Source of the DNA: Dimorphilus gyrociliatus
Lineage: Eukaryota > Animalia > Annelida
NCBI GenBank assembly: GCA_904063045.1
Contig: CAJFCJ010000009.1
Coordinates: 2,418,968-2,482,967 of the forward strand
Reading direction: 5' to 3'
DNA: 64,000 nucleotides
The notes beneath the pieces were generated by a model. It was given only the letters and a program-made list of their open reading frames with translations, was not told the DNA's origin and did no database searches. The position numbers and the translations under genes were made by a program. Positions 13,094-25,381 of the stretch are shown one piece after another (the stretch's first letter is position 1; every line of letters begins with the position of its first letter).

Positions 13094-16034
13094 CTAATTC
13101 CAACGGGACTTTCTTTTCCGTCCCTCCTCCTTTGGAGCTGCTGCTGGTGGAGGTGGAGGCATCCTTTCCTCTGGACTTTCATAAGTTTTCGACATTTCGG
13201 AATTAGTTGCAGCAACAAAATTCGTCTTATATTGAGACTATTTTAAAAAGTGTAAAAAATTTTTTAATACACAAAACAACAAATAAAAACTACTTACTGA
13301 AAAAGCACTCTTTAACGAGGATATTCTGTTTGTTTTCTCTCCAGCTGTCGCCAAACTCTTACTATAACTAATAGGAGGTGGTATGTTGGCACCAACACCA
13401 CCGACAGCTCCACTATTCAAACCACTACCGGAAGATTTAGGGCATCCTAGCCCAGGTCTAGCTCTATATCCCAGACCAGAACCCCCAAATCCTAGTTTCT
13501 TGGCCTTTCCTTGTTTAAATCTATTCTTTTTAAACCAAGGGTTTTGCATAGCTATTTCCAGCAAATCATTTGGTACTTCTTGGTCCACAGATTCTAAATT
13601 TCGCACTAAATGACCGGCAAAATCTTTATCTTTTGGTGTAAGTAATGTAAAAGCTGTTCCCTTCTCTCCTGCTCTACCAGTTCTTCCGATACGGTGTGTA
13701 TGGGTATCGATATCTCTAGCAACATCATAATTAACTACTGTTTTAATGGATGGTATATCCAATCCTCGAGCTGCTACATCAGTAGCAACTAAAATAGGAA
13801 CATCTTTTCGTTTGAAAGAAGTTATAACTTTGTTCCTTTCGGTTTGTTCTAAATCACCGTGAATAAGAGCAACTGAAAAATTTAATCAAAACGGTTAAGA
13901 ATATGTGAAAAGCTTGTAAAATCTACCAGGCAAACCTTTATGATCATTTAATTTTAAATTCTTAGCCAATTCTTCACTATTTAGCTTTTTTGTAACAAAA
14001 ATAAGGACACTACCAATCGATGTGAATTGAACCAAGCGAGAACAAAGCCATGTCCATTTCGAGGCAGGATTTTGAAAAACTTGAACATGTTGAGTAATAT
14101 CTTGATTTGCCTAAAATTTTACAAAATACATTTAATATAACAAAAATAAAAGAGAGTTCATTACCTCTCCGATTGCTCCTTGAATAATTCTAACAGGATC
14201 GCTTAATATGTCACGGGCAAGTCTTTCAACTTTTTTCTTAAATGTTGCACTAAATAGCAATGCTGTAAGGGAAGAACAGACACTACAATTAATAATAAAT
14301 AATTCACATTTCAATAGAAAAACCTTACTTTGACGGCCAGGACGAACGTGATTGGCGATAGATCTTACTTGAGGTTCTAGAAGGTTATTCGAAATATTAT
14401 ATGTATTGCTAAAAAGTTTTGGTTTAAATAAATGCTTACCGAAACCCATGTCAAACATTCTATCAGCTTCATCAAATACCACAAAAGTTACCCTTGTTAA
14501 GTTGGTTGATTTCTTTTTTACGAGATCAATAAGACGTCCTGGAGTTGCTACTATAATTTCAGCACCTTCTTGACAAGCTTGTTGTTGCTCCCACATAGAT
14601 CCACCACCATATGCGCAAACAGTATGAATGTTATAGGCTTTTCCAAATTTCTTACATTCCAAATAAATTTGCTGCGATAATTCTCTTGTTGGCGCAATTA
14701 TCAAGCCAATCGGGCCATCACCTGGTTTCAATTCTGGTTGATCCATTATATGAACAAATAGGGGCCATAAAAATGCAGCAGTTTTTCCTGATCCAGTTTT
14801 TGCTATACCTATAACATCACGACCGGAAAGTGCAGCAGGAATAGCTTGTGCTTGTATAGGTGTCGGTTTAGTGAATTCTGACTTCCTAATTATTTTTAAT
14901 AATTGCTCATCAAATCCAAAATGAGCAAAACTGCAGACCGGATTCGGCACTTGTATACCAGTTGCCTATAAGATAATCAAAAGCTTAGGGGAATGAATTT
15001 TTAAAGGCTTAAGCGTATCTATTACCTTTAGTCCAAGGGTTCCCCTCAATTTATTAACTTCAGCTTTGGATAAAGTGGTTATTTCATTATGCTCCTCGTA
15101 AAAGTTCTTCGTGAATGGTTCATAATGTATTTCATCGTGATTAACAGGTGGTAAAGGATCAATAATCTATTGTAATCGATATTTTAATTTTTCTGTTTTT
15201 AAACTTACGCTAAACTTTACCTTATATTTTTCAGGTATAATAGCGTTGCCTTCGTGATCGTATTCAATATCAGCTCTATCATCGTCTTCCGGAAGACCAG
15301 CTAAAGGATTTTCCTCCATATATCGAAAGTAAGTTTCCATATCGTCTTCCTTATCAATATCGTCTCTTACTCCTCTACAATTACAATTTTAAGATTGATT
15401 CGTAAAATATCATATTAACAAGTACGCACTTGTCTTTTTTGGCATCTGACGTTTCTGTGCTGGTATTAGATTGAGATTTTACTTCTTTCTGTGTAAGAGA
15501 TGTTTAGTTCTAACGTTCTGGTCTACGTATGTGCAGCTTATTGAGCAGAATCATAAAAACCTCAATGGTTTGCATAAATGCATCCAAGGCATCGTCAGAG
15601 TCAGAGTCATCTCCGGTTTTCTTGCCTCCAGGACTTCCAGGAGCGGGTTGATATAAATCTTGATTTTCATCATCGTGCTCAAAGTAACTATAAAAGCTCA
15701 ATATAAGTACTGCAAACTCTAACTCACAATATCATTTACAGCGCACCTTTCTTCATCACTATACTTCCTTTTACCTATATGAGAACCTCCACCAAATGTT
15801 CTACTCCTTACTTTGCCAGTTCCGTAGCCCATTTCCATGAGCTGAGTTTCAATACCTTTACCTATATTTTACAAAGTTCATATTAGAGATTTAAGTTTAT
15901 TTTATTATGCTCTTACCTTTCTTTTTGACTGGCTCATCGCCCCTTAATTCCTTTGGCGGGGGAACACAACTAGAACTCCCCGAACTGGGCTGAAATCTAA
16001 TAGAGAAGCCTTTCGATCTGCCCCTGTTATACAT
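13094..16034 (-). CDS. DDX42: DEAD-box RNA helicase DDX42 (SF3b125), multi-exon
   Basis: Q motif FTKPTPIQ, AKTGSGKT, PTRELS, DEAD, HRIGRTGRAG. C-terminal RKRKSRWN*. ATG at 16034 follows directly after an acceptor. Confidence 0.93.
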
Positions 16035-16526
16035 CTGGAAAGAAAAGAAAAAATTATACATCCATCCTTCCTCTGACTCTAATAGGCAATCTTTGTATCA
16101 CGTAAGTCGAAATACGTAACATGCAAAGTGTAACTGCAGGAGATTTTAAAAAAGGGGCCTTGCTTTAGCATAAATTAGATGACTGAGTTAATTTTTTAAA
16201 ATACCCGTATTATCGCTCAGGTGGATTACACAGTTAAGGAATATATTAGCAATCCAACAACTATTAAGCTTAGTGTATGAAAACTATAATATCTAATGCT
16301 GAATATTGTTTTACCGTAATTAATTTCTACATATATTATAACGAATAATTCGAAATTTAAAAGTACTTTGAGAACAATTAAAAGAATACTAATATACGAT
16401 TATAGCAGACGTATTGGTGACAAAAATTAAAAAAATTTATATTAAAATTTTTATTAAAAAATAATTTAAATAGTCTAGAAAAAACATTAAAGAAAAATAT
16501 TTTTTTTTTAAAATTAAGTGCGGTCT

Positions 16527-16616
16527 GGAGTTGATGAATCACACACAGACGGATATTAGTTGTGCTCCGACAGAAGAAAACTAGAAGTATCAGCCTCATA
16601 AACTGTACCTGATTTT
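16527..16616 (+). ncRNA. Possible box C/D snoRNA (weak candidate)
   Basis: Box C-like TTGATGA at 16531-16537, box D CTGA at 16609-16612, internal CCGA (D'-like). It is a GC-richer island of about 85 nt in AT-rich sequence 5' of CHMP4. No rRNA target was identified. Confidence 0.25.
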
Positions 16617-16681
16617 AATTAACACTAATAAAATATTGTTTTCGCGATATAATATTGAAGAATCATCTATTATAAGAAAAA

Positions 16682-18005
16682 ATGTCTTTGTTCGGTAAAT
16701 TATTTGGTGGTAAACCCAACGACAAGGCTCCCTCACCTCAAGAGGCTATTCAGAGGCTTCGCGATGTAGAAGAAACATTACAAAAAAAATCAGATTTTTT
16801 AGAAAAAAAGATGGAAGAAGAGCTTAAGGTCGCGAAACAAAATGCCCAAAAGAACAAAAGAGGTAATATTTGTATTACTGTTCGGTCTTATTCTATTAAT
16901 AAAATATATTTTGTAGCTGCTATGCAAGCACTAAAAAGAAAGAAACGAATTGAAAAGCAACTTCAGCAAGTAGATGGAACTCTTTCCACAATTGAATTTC
17001 AACGAGAGGCCTTAGAGAATGCGTCTACAAACACTGCAGTCATGAACGTTATGTCTGTAGCAGCTAAAGCACTTAAGGGAGTCCACAAAAGCATGGATGT
17101 TGACAAAGTACACGATCTTATGGATGAAGTTGCTGAACAGCACGAAGTCGCTAATGAAATTGGAGACGCCATCTCAAGACCAACTGGAATAGGCGCTGAA
17201 ATTGATGAGGATGAATTAAACCAAGAATTAGAGGAATTGGCACAAGAAGATCTTGATAATCAACTATTAGAGATTGAAACTAAGCCACAAGACATGCCTG
17301 AAGTTCCAAGTGATGTCCCTGTCGCAGGTTAGAAAAAATTCACGTCTAGTTGTATATATATATACATTAGGAAACATTCTATTAACTTTAAATTATTGAT
17401 ATTCATGAAGGATCTTCCCAACAACCTTTAAGTGAGATCCTAGTAGAAATAAGACAAATTTGAGTTTCTTTTAAAACTTCCCGGTTGTTTCATTTTTTAT
17501 TGAATTTCCAATTGTTATAGAATCCTAACTAAAAAATAGTAGAGCAGTTGGGAAACTATGTCTTACAATAGTTAGAGTAAAATACCTATAGAAATTTTAA
17601 AACCAAAGGAATTCTGATTTTCTGTCTCAAGTGATTCACAATAGGTCATATTTTATCATGACTCATTCATAACACTATCTTTAAGGTGAACTATCGATAA
17701 TTTTAAATTATAATCTGAGTAATATTCATGTGCTCGAATTTTTATAACGGACAGAATAACCACCTATTTAATACTGAATCAAAGGCTAATGACTAAATCA
17801 ATTTTAACTCATTTGTTTAAACTGAATAATCGTTTTTAGATATCTCACATTTAAAATAAACTAACAATAGTTAAACAATAATTTCATGTATATTGTTTAA
17901 ATAATGATTCAGGAAGTACAAACTTTGCAAACTGTTTCAGTGCCGCGAAAGACAAAGAAAGAAGATGAAGACGAAATGGCTGAACTCACTGCATGGGCTA
18001 CTTAA
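16682..18005 (+). CDS. CHMP4: ESCRT-III subunit CHMP4/Snf7; last exon 17941-18005
   Basis: AIQRLRDVEETLQKKSDFLEKK and QVDGTLSTIEFQREALENA are Snf7 signatures. The terminal exon ends DEMAELTAWAT*, matching the M/L-x-x-L-x-x-W ALIX-binding helix. Confidence 0.95.
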
Positions 18006-18181
18006 ATTGAAAAACTGCAAAATTTTATGATCAATTTCAAACAACTAACGTGCTTTACTAGCGTTATTAAAAATTTATATATACGTAATAATTACGATTA
18101 AACAATAAAAAAAAAATTGTTTTCATTTTAATGAAGTTCTGTACAACAACAATGAAAAGTTAAAATGCTTAAAAACGTATG

Positions 18182-19337
18182 CTATCGCTTGTAGCGCCTA
18201 GGGGATCTTGACCTGGATCGCGTTCTCCTAGTTTGCCTATCATGAGATCGAGATTTAACTCTACGATCTCTTCTGGAATTTTTATCATTATTGTTTCTTC
18301 CTCGTTCGGCCGATCTCGATCTTGATTTTCGACTTTGAAAATTCCTATCGTGCCTCAATTTTGATGTACTTGAATCATTTTTTTCTCTGTATTCGTCACG
18401 GTTTCGTCTAATACCTGGGGAGCGTGATCTAGATCGTTGCTCTCTCTTTGGAAATCTCTGCTTTCCATCATACCTCCTCTCACCGGACCTTGATCTAGAC
18501 CTACGGATATCTCTCGAATTATAATGTTCACGCCTATCTCCAGTCCCTCTTCTATTTGAATGAGACTCTCTCTCCTGTTTAAAAGTTCTTTCAGATTCAA
18601 ATTCTTCAGTTTGCCTTTTATCCCATTTAGAATTCCGTCTACTTTCAGCGTCTCTCTCTTGTTTAACAGGTCTTTCATCCCATTTGCTATTTTCCCTTTT
18701 TATATTAGCTTTAACGTCTGCCTTTGACTCGAATTCACTATCTGTTGTCGCAGAATCATCGGAACTTTCTGCTTTTTTAGCTTTCTTTTTCGATTTTTTT
18801 GACTTTTTTTTTTTCTTTTTTGATTTTTTCTTCCTTTCGTCATCGCTGGGAATAACTGCTACTGGTGCGCAGCCTTCCATTATTACCTGTTTCGTAGTTT
18901 CGTCTACGTCGTCGTGTAGTTTTACTTTATATTCTTCAACATGATCTACTCTGATTGTTCTTCCACATATTTTTATACCATTTAAATTATCGACTGCAAG
19001 AATAGTACTTCTTTGATCTTCGTAACATAAGAAACCAAATCCTTTCATTTTTCCAGTTTTTCTATCCCTGATTAGATTAATATTTACAATTTCTCCGTAC
19101 TGTGAGAACACACAAAGAGCATCACCCTCGGTTAATTCGTATGGAAGTCCACCTATAAATATCCATGCCGAATCTTTATACTTCTTATGCCAAGATCCTG
19201 AAGTTCCGGCAATCCCGGCCTCAAGTTCTATTTTATTTATTTTATTAAGGTTTTTCACGTTACTGTAAATAAAAAAATATTAAGAAATATACTGTAGAAA
19301 TATATTGTTTATAGTTAACTTACGTTAGGGGATTCAT
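18182..19337 (-). CDS. RBMX2: RBMX2 / Snu17 (RES complex RRM protein) with a long RS-rich tail; exons 19337-19324 and about 19264-18182
   Basis: The MNPLT start exon splices to NVKNLN.... RRM SWHKKYKDSAWIFIGGLPYELTEGD...YEDQRSTILAVDNLNG matches RBMX2. Confidence 0.95.
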
Positions 19338-19904
19338 TTTACTCCCTATTCAAATTTCTATGTCTGATTATCGCAAAATTGTCGTTCAGACGTTTTCTAG
19401 CCGACGAATTCCGTGCGGACCTCTTTTCACACAGATTTTTTTTAACCAATCAGGATCATTGATAAAGACGCCAGACTTTGGTCTACTTTTAAATTTATTC
19501 CTTCCTACAAATTATATTAAAATAATTAAGCTCAATTCTTTATTTTTACAATAGAAAATAACGATATCAAATGAAATAGCAAAAAATGCTGATAAGAATT
19601 ATATTAATTTAATAAAGCTTTATTCGTATTGCATACCATTTTTAAACAATAATGTCTTTATAAAGAAGATATTTTAATAAAAATACTCTTATAAATGTCA
19701 CATATTTTACTGCTTAAATATATTAATTCTATATTTAGAGTCAATCTATGATGTTGGCGAACAGATGTAACTCACTTTGTACATTCAAATTTTACATCTA
19801 TAACAATAGTTAGTACACTGGCAATAAAGTGGGAAATAATTAATTGATCACATGATCAGAACAGCGATTCTTCACCATCATTTGAGGGTAGAAAGCTCTA
19901 GAAC
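19338..19904. promoter_or_regulatory. Divergent (bidirectional) promoter region RBMX2/THEM6 with an NF-Y CCAAT box
   Basis: Head-to-head genes, with AACCAATCAG around 19444-19453. Confidence 0.5.
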
Positions 19905-20558
19905 ATGCTTACAATAATGTTCTTTTGCTTTTTATGTATTCTCTACCACTGTTTCGATATTGTTCATTTTGTAAGAACATTTTCAACGGCGATTAAACCT
20001 AAGAAAAGGAAATGTTACAATACAAAGTTTATTATCGAAGATCAAGTTGGCTTAAGAGATATGGATGAGCAGTTTCATATGAATAATGGAAGATATTTCT
20101 GGCATTGTGATTTCGGAAGATTGAAACTTCTAGCCGAAACTGGTAAGAGTTAATTATAACTAATTTTGAATTAAAATATTTTACGTTCGAAAGGAATGTT
20201 AGAAGTTATGGAAGGTTTGAAACCAAAAGCTTATACATTAGTTGCCGCCTCAACTATTCGTTATAGACGTTCTTTAGAATTATTTGAAAAGTTCACATTA
20301 GAAACTGAACTTGTTCACTTCGACGAAAAGAATTTATATATACAACAAAGAGCAATTTCTTTAAAAGATGATTTTGTTAGTACGATTATGTTCTTTAAAT
20401 TAGCAATTGTAAATAGTACACCAATTGATGTCCTAAAAGCAATTTCTACGGATAAAAATTATACATTTGAACTATCTTGTCCAGACTATTTAAAAGTTTG
20501 GATGAAATTCCTGGAAAAGAGCAGTGAAGATATACAATTAAGAACTAAAACTATTTAA
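19905..20558 (+). CDS. THEM6: THEM6-like hot-dog thioesterase (2 exons)
   Basis: Hydrophobic N-terminus. RDMDEQFHMNNGRYFWHCDFGR resembles the THEM6 D-x-D-x-x-x-H-M-N-N-x-R-Y motif. Continues into ORF 20196-20558 (TIRYRRSLELFEKF). Confidence 0.8.
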
Positions 20559-20671
20559 AAATAAATGTATATACTTACTAATTGTATAGGCCTAGAATAT
20601 TTTTTGTTAAATTATAATAAATAAATAAATAAATCCATCGAAGACGAATGTAATTTTTCAAATTGAAAAAC

Positions 20672-22606
20672 ATGATGATCTACTTAACGTTTAATCAAAT
20701 ATTATTTCGGTTCTTTATCATTCATAAGATATATTGTTATAATGAAATTGTAGATAGAGGTCTTAAGAAGTTAGAAACGATTAATTCGACTAATTGTAAG
20801 CTATTTTGGAATGAGAGTACAAAAGGTTGCGGTGATGATTGTATTATTAAAGGATATTATGATAATGAACAATTGAAACCTTATTCTTATCCTGCTATCC
20901 GTAACGCTAATTTATTGTCAAAATTAAGTACCAGACCTAATGGTTTACCAAATGAAACGTCGTTTTATACTGCCATGCTAACTACGAAGACGGAGGATGA
21001 CCTACGTCATATCTATGCTTTATCTTTAGCTTTGGAAGAAGAATATTTAAATAGAGATCGAATTTGTCTATTCTTTTCAAAACATCCAGATAGGTTAAGA
21101 TTTGTTAATTTAGGAATAAGACCCGATTACTCTTGTAAAGAAAGATGGGCTGCCTGGTATCTTAATATAAAGCCGGGCTATCAGGCAAATGTTGAAAGAA
21201 ATGTAGAAGGTTTACTGGAACCTGTGATAACGTATAATGACGGAAAATGGACAGAACCTTATTATGATTGTAGAGGTACAGATATATGGATGGTTACATA
21301 CAGTTCTCCTGTATTCAAATACGAAAATGGTACTTTCTATTACTTAGGATCTTCTATTGTAGACGTTGGATTAACAAATTTTGACGTTAATCAATGCGAT
21401 CAGGAGCATAAATCCAATTCATCCGTTATTGTTAATCTATTTAGAGGTACCCATAACTGTGATAGAAATAGTACAGATTGCAAACCTATAAAAGGTTTAG
21501 GATTTCGAACAGGAACTTTTGAGTGTATATGTAAAAAGGGATTTTACTTCCCTAATTCGTCCAAAAATTCCTTAAATACTTTAAATAGAACATTTTGCCT
21601 ACCTTGCTCAGAAGGTTGTGAAACTTGTATTGACAATTCAATTTGTATTATTAAATTAAGTAAAACTCAAAAATGGATTTTATTATGTTTTTCAATATGC
21701 AATCAAATAGCTTGCGTCATAGCATCTCTACTCCTTTTAAAGTCCTATATAAAGATTTCAGATTTTCAAGGAAATCAGATTAATCTCACCCTCTTAATGA
21801 ACTTTGGTTTAACAATATTAAATACTCAACTCTATTCAATTTATTATGAACCTGGTAACCGGACTTGTAGTTGGTCAATTTGGGTCTATAATATTGGATT
21901 TTCAATAGCTTATTCTACTATACTACGTCGAATTATCAACGTATTTAGGTTGAATTCTACGCCTAGAGTTGGACCTGTAAGAGCCACATTTAGGATTCAA
22001 ACTACATCTATGGGAATAAATAATCTTTTAACATTCCCAGTTGTAGGAATGTTCCTACTACTTCTCTTAATTTGGACCATATCTGGCAAGAAGTTAGTTA
22101 TCGAAAGAGAGACTTCGAATAGCCTAAAATACTTAGAATGCTATACCAATAGATATGAATATTTTCTTATTGCGTGTAGAGTGTGCCTACTTTTAAGTAT
22201 TTTGTTCATTTGCTATCTGCTTAGACGTGCTACTTGCGCTTTAGATGAGCAAAAACATCTGGCATCATGCGTCTTAAATGTTCTATTTTTTACTAATGCA
22301 TCATTCATATTTAAGAAGATACTAGCTGGAAATCCCTTAAGCATTTCAGTCTTAAATTATCTAGATAATTTAGCTTTAACTATTTTTCCTTTATATTTTA
22401 TATGTTATAAATGGTTAATAGCATCTAGTGCTGATTTTGAAGACATACCTCAAATAAGGAAATCATTAGCACCATGGCAACATTCAAAGTATACTCAAGC
22501 GGAAGATACAGATATAAAAGATTCACGTATATTTCAGATTCAATACAATAGTATGTATGATCTTTGCCAAAGAAATTCAGCACCAAATGTATTAATGACA
22601 ATTTGA
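20672..22606 (+). CDS. Intronless GPR158/GPR179-like class C orphan GPCR
   Basis: Cache-like WTEPYYDC...WMVTYSSPVF, then DVNQCD and FRGTHNC...GLGF..G.FECICKKGFYFP, then a Cys-rich CLPCSEGCETCID, then seven hydrophobic segments and a short C-tail. Confidence 0.85.
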   Translation: MMIYLTFNQILFRFFIIHKIYCYNEIVDRGLKKLETINSTNCKLFWNESTKGCGDDCIIKGYYDNEQLKPYSYPAIRNANLLSKLSTRPNGLPNETSFYTAMLTTKTEDDLRHIYALSLALEEEYLNRDRICLFFSKHPDRLRFVNLGIRPDYSCKERWAAWYLNIKPGYQANVERNVEGLLEPVITYNDGKWTEPYYDCRGTDIWMVTYSSPVFKYENGTFYYLGSSIVDVGLTNFDVNQCDQEHKSNSSVIVNLFRGTHNCDRNSTDCKPIKGLGFRTGTFECICKKGFYFPNSSKNSLNTLNRTFCLPCSEGCETCIDNSICIIKLSKTQKWILLCFSICNQIACVIASLLLLKSYIKISDFQGNQINLTLLMNFGLTILNTQLYSIYYEPGNRTCSWSIWVYNIGFSIAYSTILRRIINVFRLNSTPRVGPVRATFRIQTTSMGINNLLTFPVVGMFLLLLLIWTISGKKLVIERETSNSLKYLECYTNRYEYFLIACRVCLLLSILFICYLLRRATCALDEQKHLASCVLNVLFFTNASFIFKKILAGNPLSISVLNYLDNLALTIFPLYFICYKWLIASSADFEDIPQIRKSLAPWQHSKYTQAEDTDIKDSRIFQIQYNSMYDLCQRNSAPNVLMTI

Positions 22607-22718
22607 AAAGCCTATAACCTTGTTGTCTTTTGGTGAATTTCATCTCAGATAACGATTATGACGTACCTTAGATATTTTAAATTTACAATTTTGTATATTA
22701 TGATAACAAGTATCGTTA

Positions 22719-22746
22719 ATATATATATATATATATATATGTATAT
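22719..22746. repeat. (TA)n microsatellite
   Basis: Perfect AT dinucleotide run of about 22 nt with a degenerate end. Confidence 0.9.
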
Positions 22747-22871
22747 TTATTTGCTATAACATGTTACTTTACTAGGAATAAAGCTTTTGTTTGCGCTTTT
22801 TTATTTTTACTATTTCAATACAGGAAGTTAAAAGCATTTTTTATAAAATATGCTGTTTCATTGATTACATT

Positions 22872-25092
22872 ATGATTATAATTTCTATTTTATTTGGGAT
22901 AAATATTATAATTCTATCTCTAGCTGATAATTTTGTTAAACAGTCGGAAAGATGCTTATCAATTAATCCATCGGATTTTGCTAATATTCATCAATCGGAA
23001 GTAACAAAATGGAAGACAGATACATTATTCCCAAAAGGGTATCCAGATGTTATATATAAAAATATGAAAAATGACGGAGAAGTTCTCTTATATTTTACAA
23101 AATTATTCGGAGATGGATCCTGGCTTCCTATTGAAACTTCTTATCTAGAAAATAGAATATCAAATGCTTTAAAGTCAGCCGTAAGCTCCCAACATTTTAC
23201 CAATTCAGCATTAAAAAATATACCAAATGTACATATTAAAGGAGATCGTCCCGATAATATTATGAAAGCGTTACACTCTTTCTTCTCAGATTTAAGTAAA
23301 GAAAGAGAAAAGAAATATAATGGAAAAAATATGAATGAAAGTTACTTGTCAGATGGATATATTAACTCAATGTATAAAGAAATTCTTAACGTTCCTATCT
23401 TGTTCAATCAAACTAACAAATATGAAAAATTCAAAACTATCTCATGGTTTAAAGAGATTCTTTTGGATTTGAAATCTGGTATTAATGGATATTATAAAGT
23501 TTTACATAGAAATGAAATAGTCACTTGGATTAGCTGGAAAACATTAAATGAATTTCATCGTTTTTTAGTTTGTCGCCAATGGCCAAAGATTGACGGATGT
23601 CCAAAAGTTTGTGATAATGAACAAAATTCATGTTCAAAATTGGCTGGAAGTATTGACGATAGATGTAGATTTGAAAAAATAGATTATCAGAAAAATAAGA
23701 AAGCGCCCATTCCCATTTTACCTGGTATATTCTTAGGACAAAAGTCATGCAAATGTCAAAAGGGTTTTAAATGGGAAAATGATGGCAAGTAGAATAAAAA
23801 TGAATTGTTTACAGTGTTTGATTGTCGATAATTGCTCCTTTTTCATAGGAATGAAGGAAGATAGTGGACAATGTATAGTGGATATTTCCATAGAACCATT
23901 CAATAGTCTATGCGATTCAGATACAAATCCTTGTAGTAAATTGAATACGAAATCTTGCCAAGTTGGAAAAAAAGGTAACATAGAGTGCATTTGTAAGGAC
24001 AAATATATGCCGCCAACATGCCATCATCTTATTGATTACTGCACTTATACATCTGATAAAAAAGAAAAGCCTGGGAGTTATTATTGTGGCTCAACAGGAG
24101 TCTGTGTACCAATTCTTGGTCAAAAAAGATATAGATGTAAATGCGATTTAGGTTATACTCACGATCCGTCAATTATGAAACCAAATTGCGCTATGAAAAG
24201 TGATCCTTGTTTTGAAGTTATGTGCTTAAACAATGGTCTATGCTATACAAATGGCATTAGAGCATTGTGCATTTGCCCTAGCTCATGGACTGGTGAAGAT
24301 TGCAGTATACCAAATTCTAACTGGAATTCATGGAGACAATGGTCAGCTTGCTTTCCAACATGCGGAGCAAATAGCAAATCAACCAGAACGAGAAGCTGTA
24401 GATTTTCAAGGGGAAAACCTTGTCCTGGGAGTCATATTCAATACAGATTATGTTATGAGGAGTCTTGTATCATAAATGGAAGATGGGGTAATTGGTCTCC
24501 TTGGACAGAATGCACCCATTCGTGCAATGGGGGTAGAAAAGCAAGATATAGAGATTGTAATTACGACGGTAATTTCATTACAAGAAAGACTAAATTAACA
24601 AAATGTGTTGGCTCTGATACGGAAATTGGATTTTGTAATGAACACTTTTGCCCCGCTAAACTACAAGGCACAAGTATTGATATTGAATCTACTGACGGAG
24701 TATTACCACCGCTAGAAGTGGATATTAAAGTAGATCCAATTAGAAAAGAATTAACTATAGCAGATTATCTAGGTGAAAGTTCAAATGAATTCTTGCTTAG
24801 TCTTATTGCTATATCATTTGTAGTGCTCATCCATTTCATTGGTTTATTATTAATTGGTATTTTAATACGTAATATTAGGAATCTTCAATTTAATAAACTT
24901 TTTAAGCCAGACGATATTAGAGAAATGAGATTAACTGTTGATCAATTTAAACAGCCTGAAATTGATGTAACAGCTGATTTTATGGCACAACTCGAACAAT
25001 TAATTACTCAAGAAATTGAAAAGGAAGAGGATGTACCGGTTAAAGATGAAAAAAATGAGAAATCTTATGAAAATTCTTCATATTTTTATTAA
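22872..25092 (+). CDS. Type-I membrane protein: signal peptide, unknown ~270-aa region, about 4 EGF-like repeats, 2 TSP1 repeats, TM, acidic tail
   Basis: ORFs 22791-23792 and 23779-25092 join in frame through a 64-nt GC-AG intron at 23785-23848 (G|GCAAGT...TTTTCATAG|GA). EGF example: CLNNGLC...CICPSSWTGEDC. TSP1: WxxWxxWSxC...RTRSC, twice. TM: FLLSLIAISFVVLIHFIGLLLIGILI. Confidence 0.8.
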
Positions 25093-25262
25093 ATTCTTTA
25101 AGATTTATTGTTGAAGAGTTTTGTTCATTTTCTATCAGTTACAGAATAATATTAGAGTGTTATTTCTTACTTTCTAAGAAATGTACCACGTACTTATATA
25201 CTATCATGAAATGTAAACATTCTTGTTTTGAGCCACGGACGTGTTTAGAAAAAAAATCAAAA

Positions 25263-25381
25263 AGAATACGGCACCCAGTGTTCCCAGGCGGTCTCCCATC
25301 CAAGTACTGACTGGGCCGTACGTCATTTAACTTCGGTGATCGGACGAGAACCGGTGCTTGTAACGTCGTATGGCCGTATTC
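25263..25381 (-). rRNA. 5S rRNA: 5S rRNA gene (single copy in this window)
   Basis: 119-nt GAATACGGCCATACGACG...CCGATCACCGAAGTTAA...AGTACTTGGATGGGAGACCGCCTGGGAACACTGGGTGCCGTATTC. Perfect 9-bp terminal helix and compensated internal helices. Followed by T5 and T8 Pol III terminators. Confidence 0.97.
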
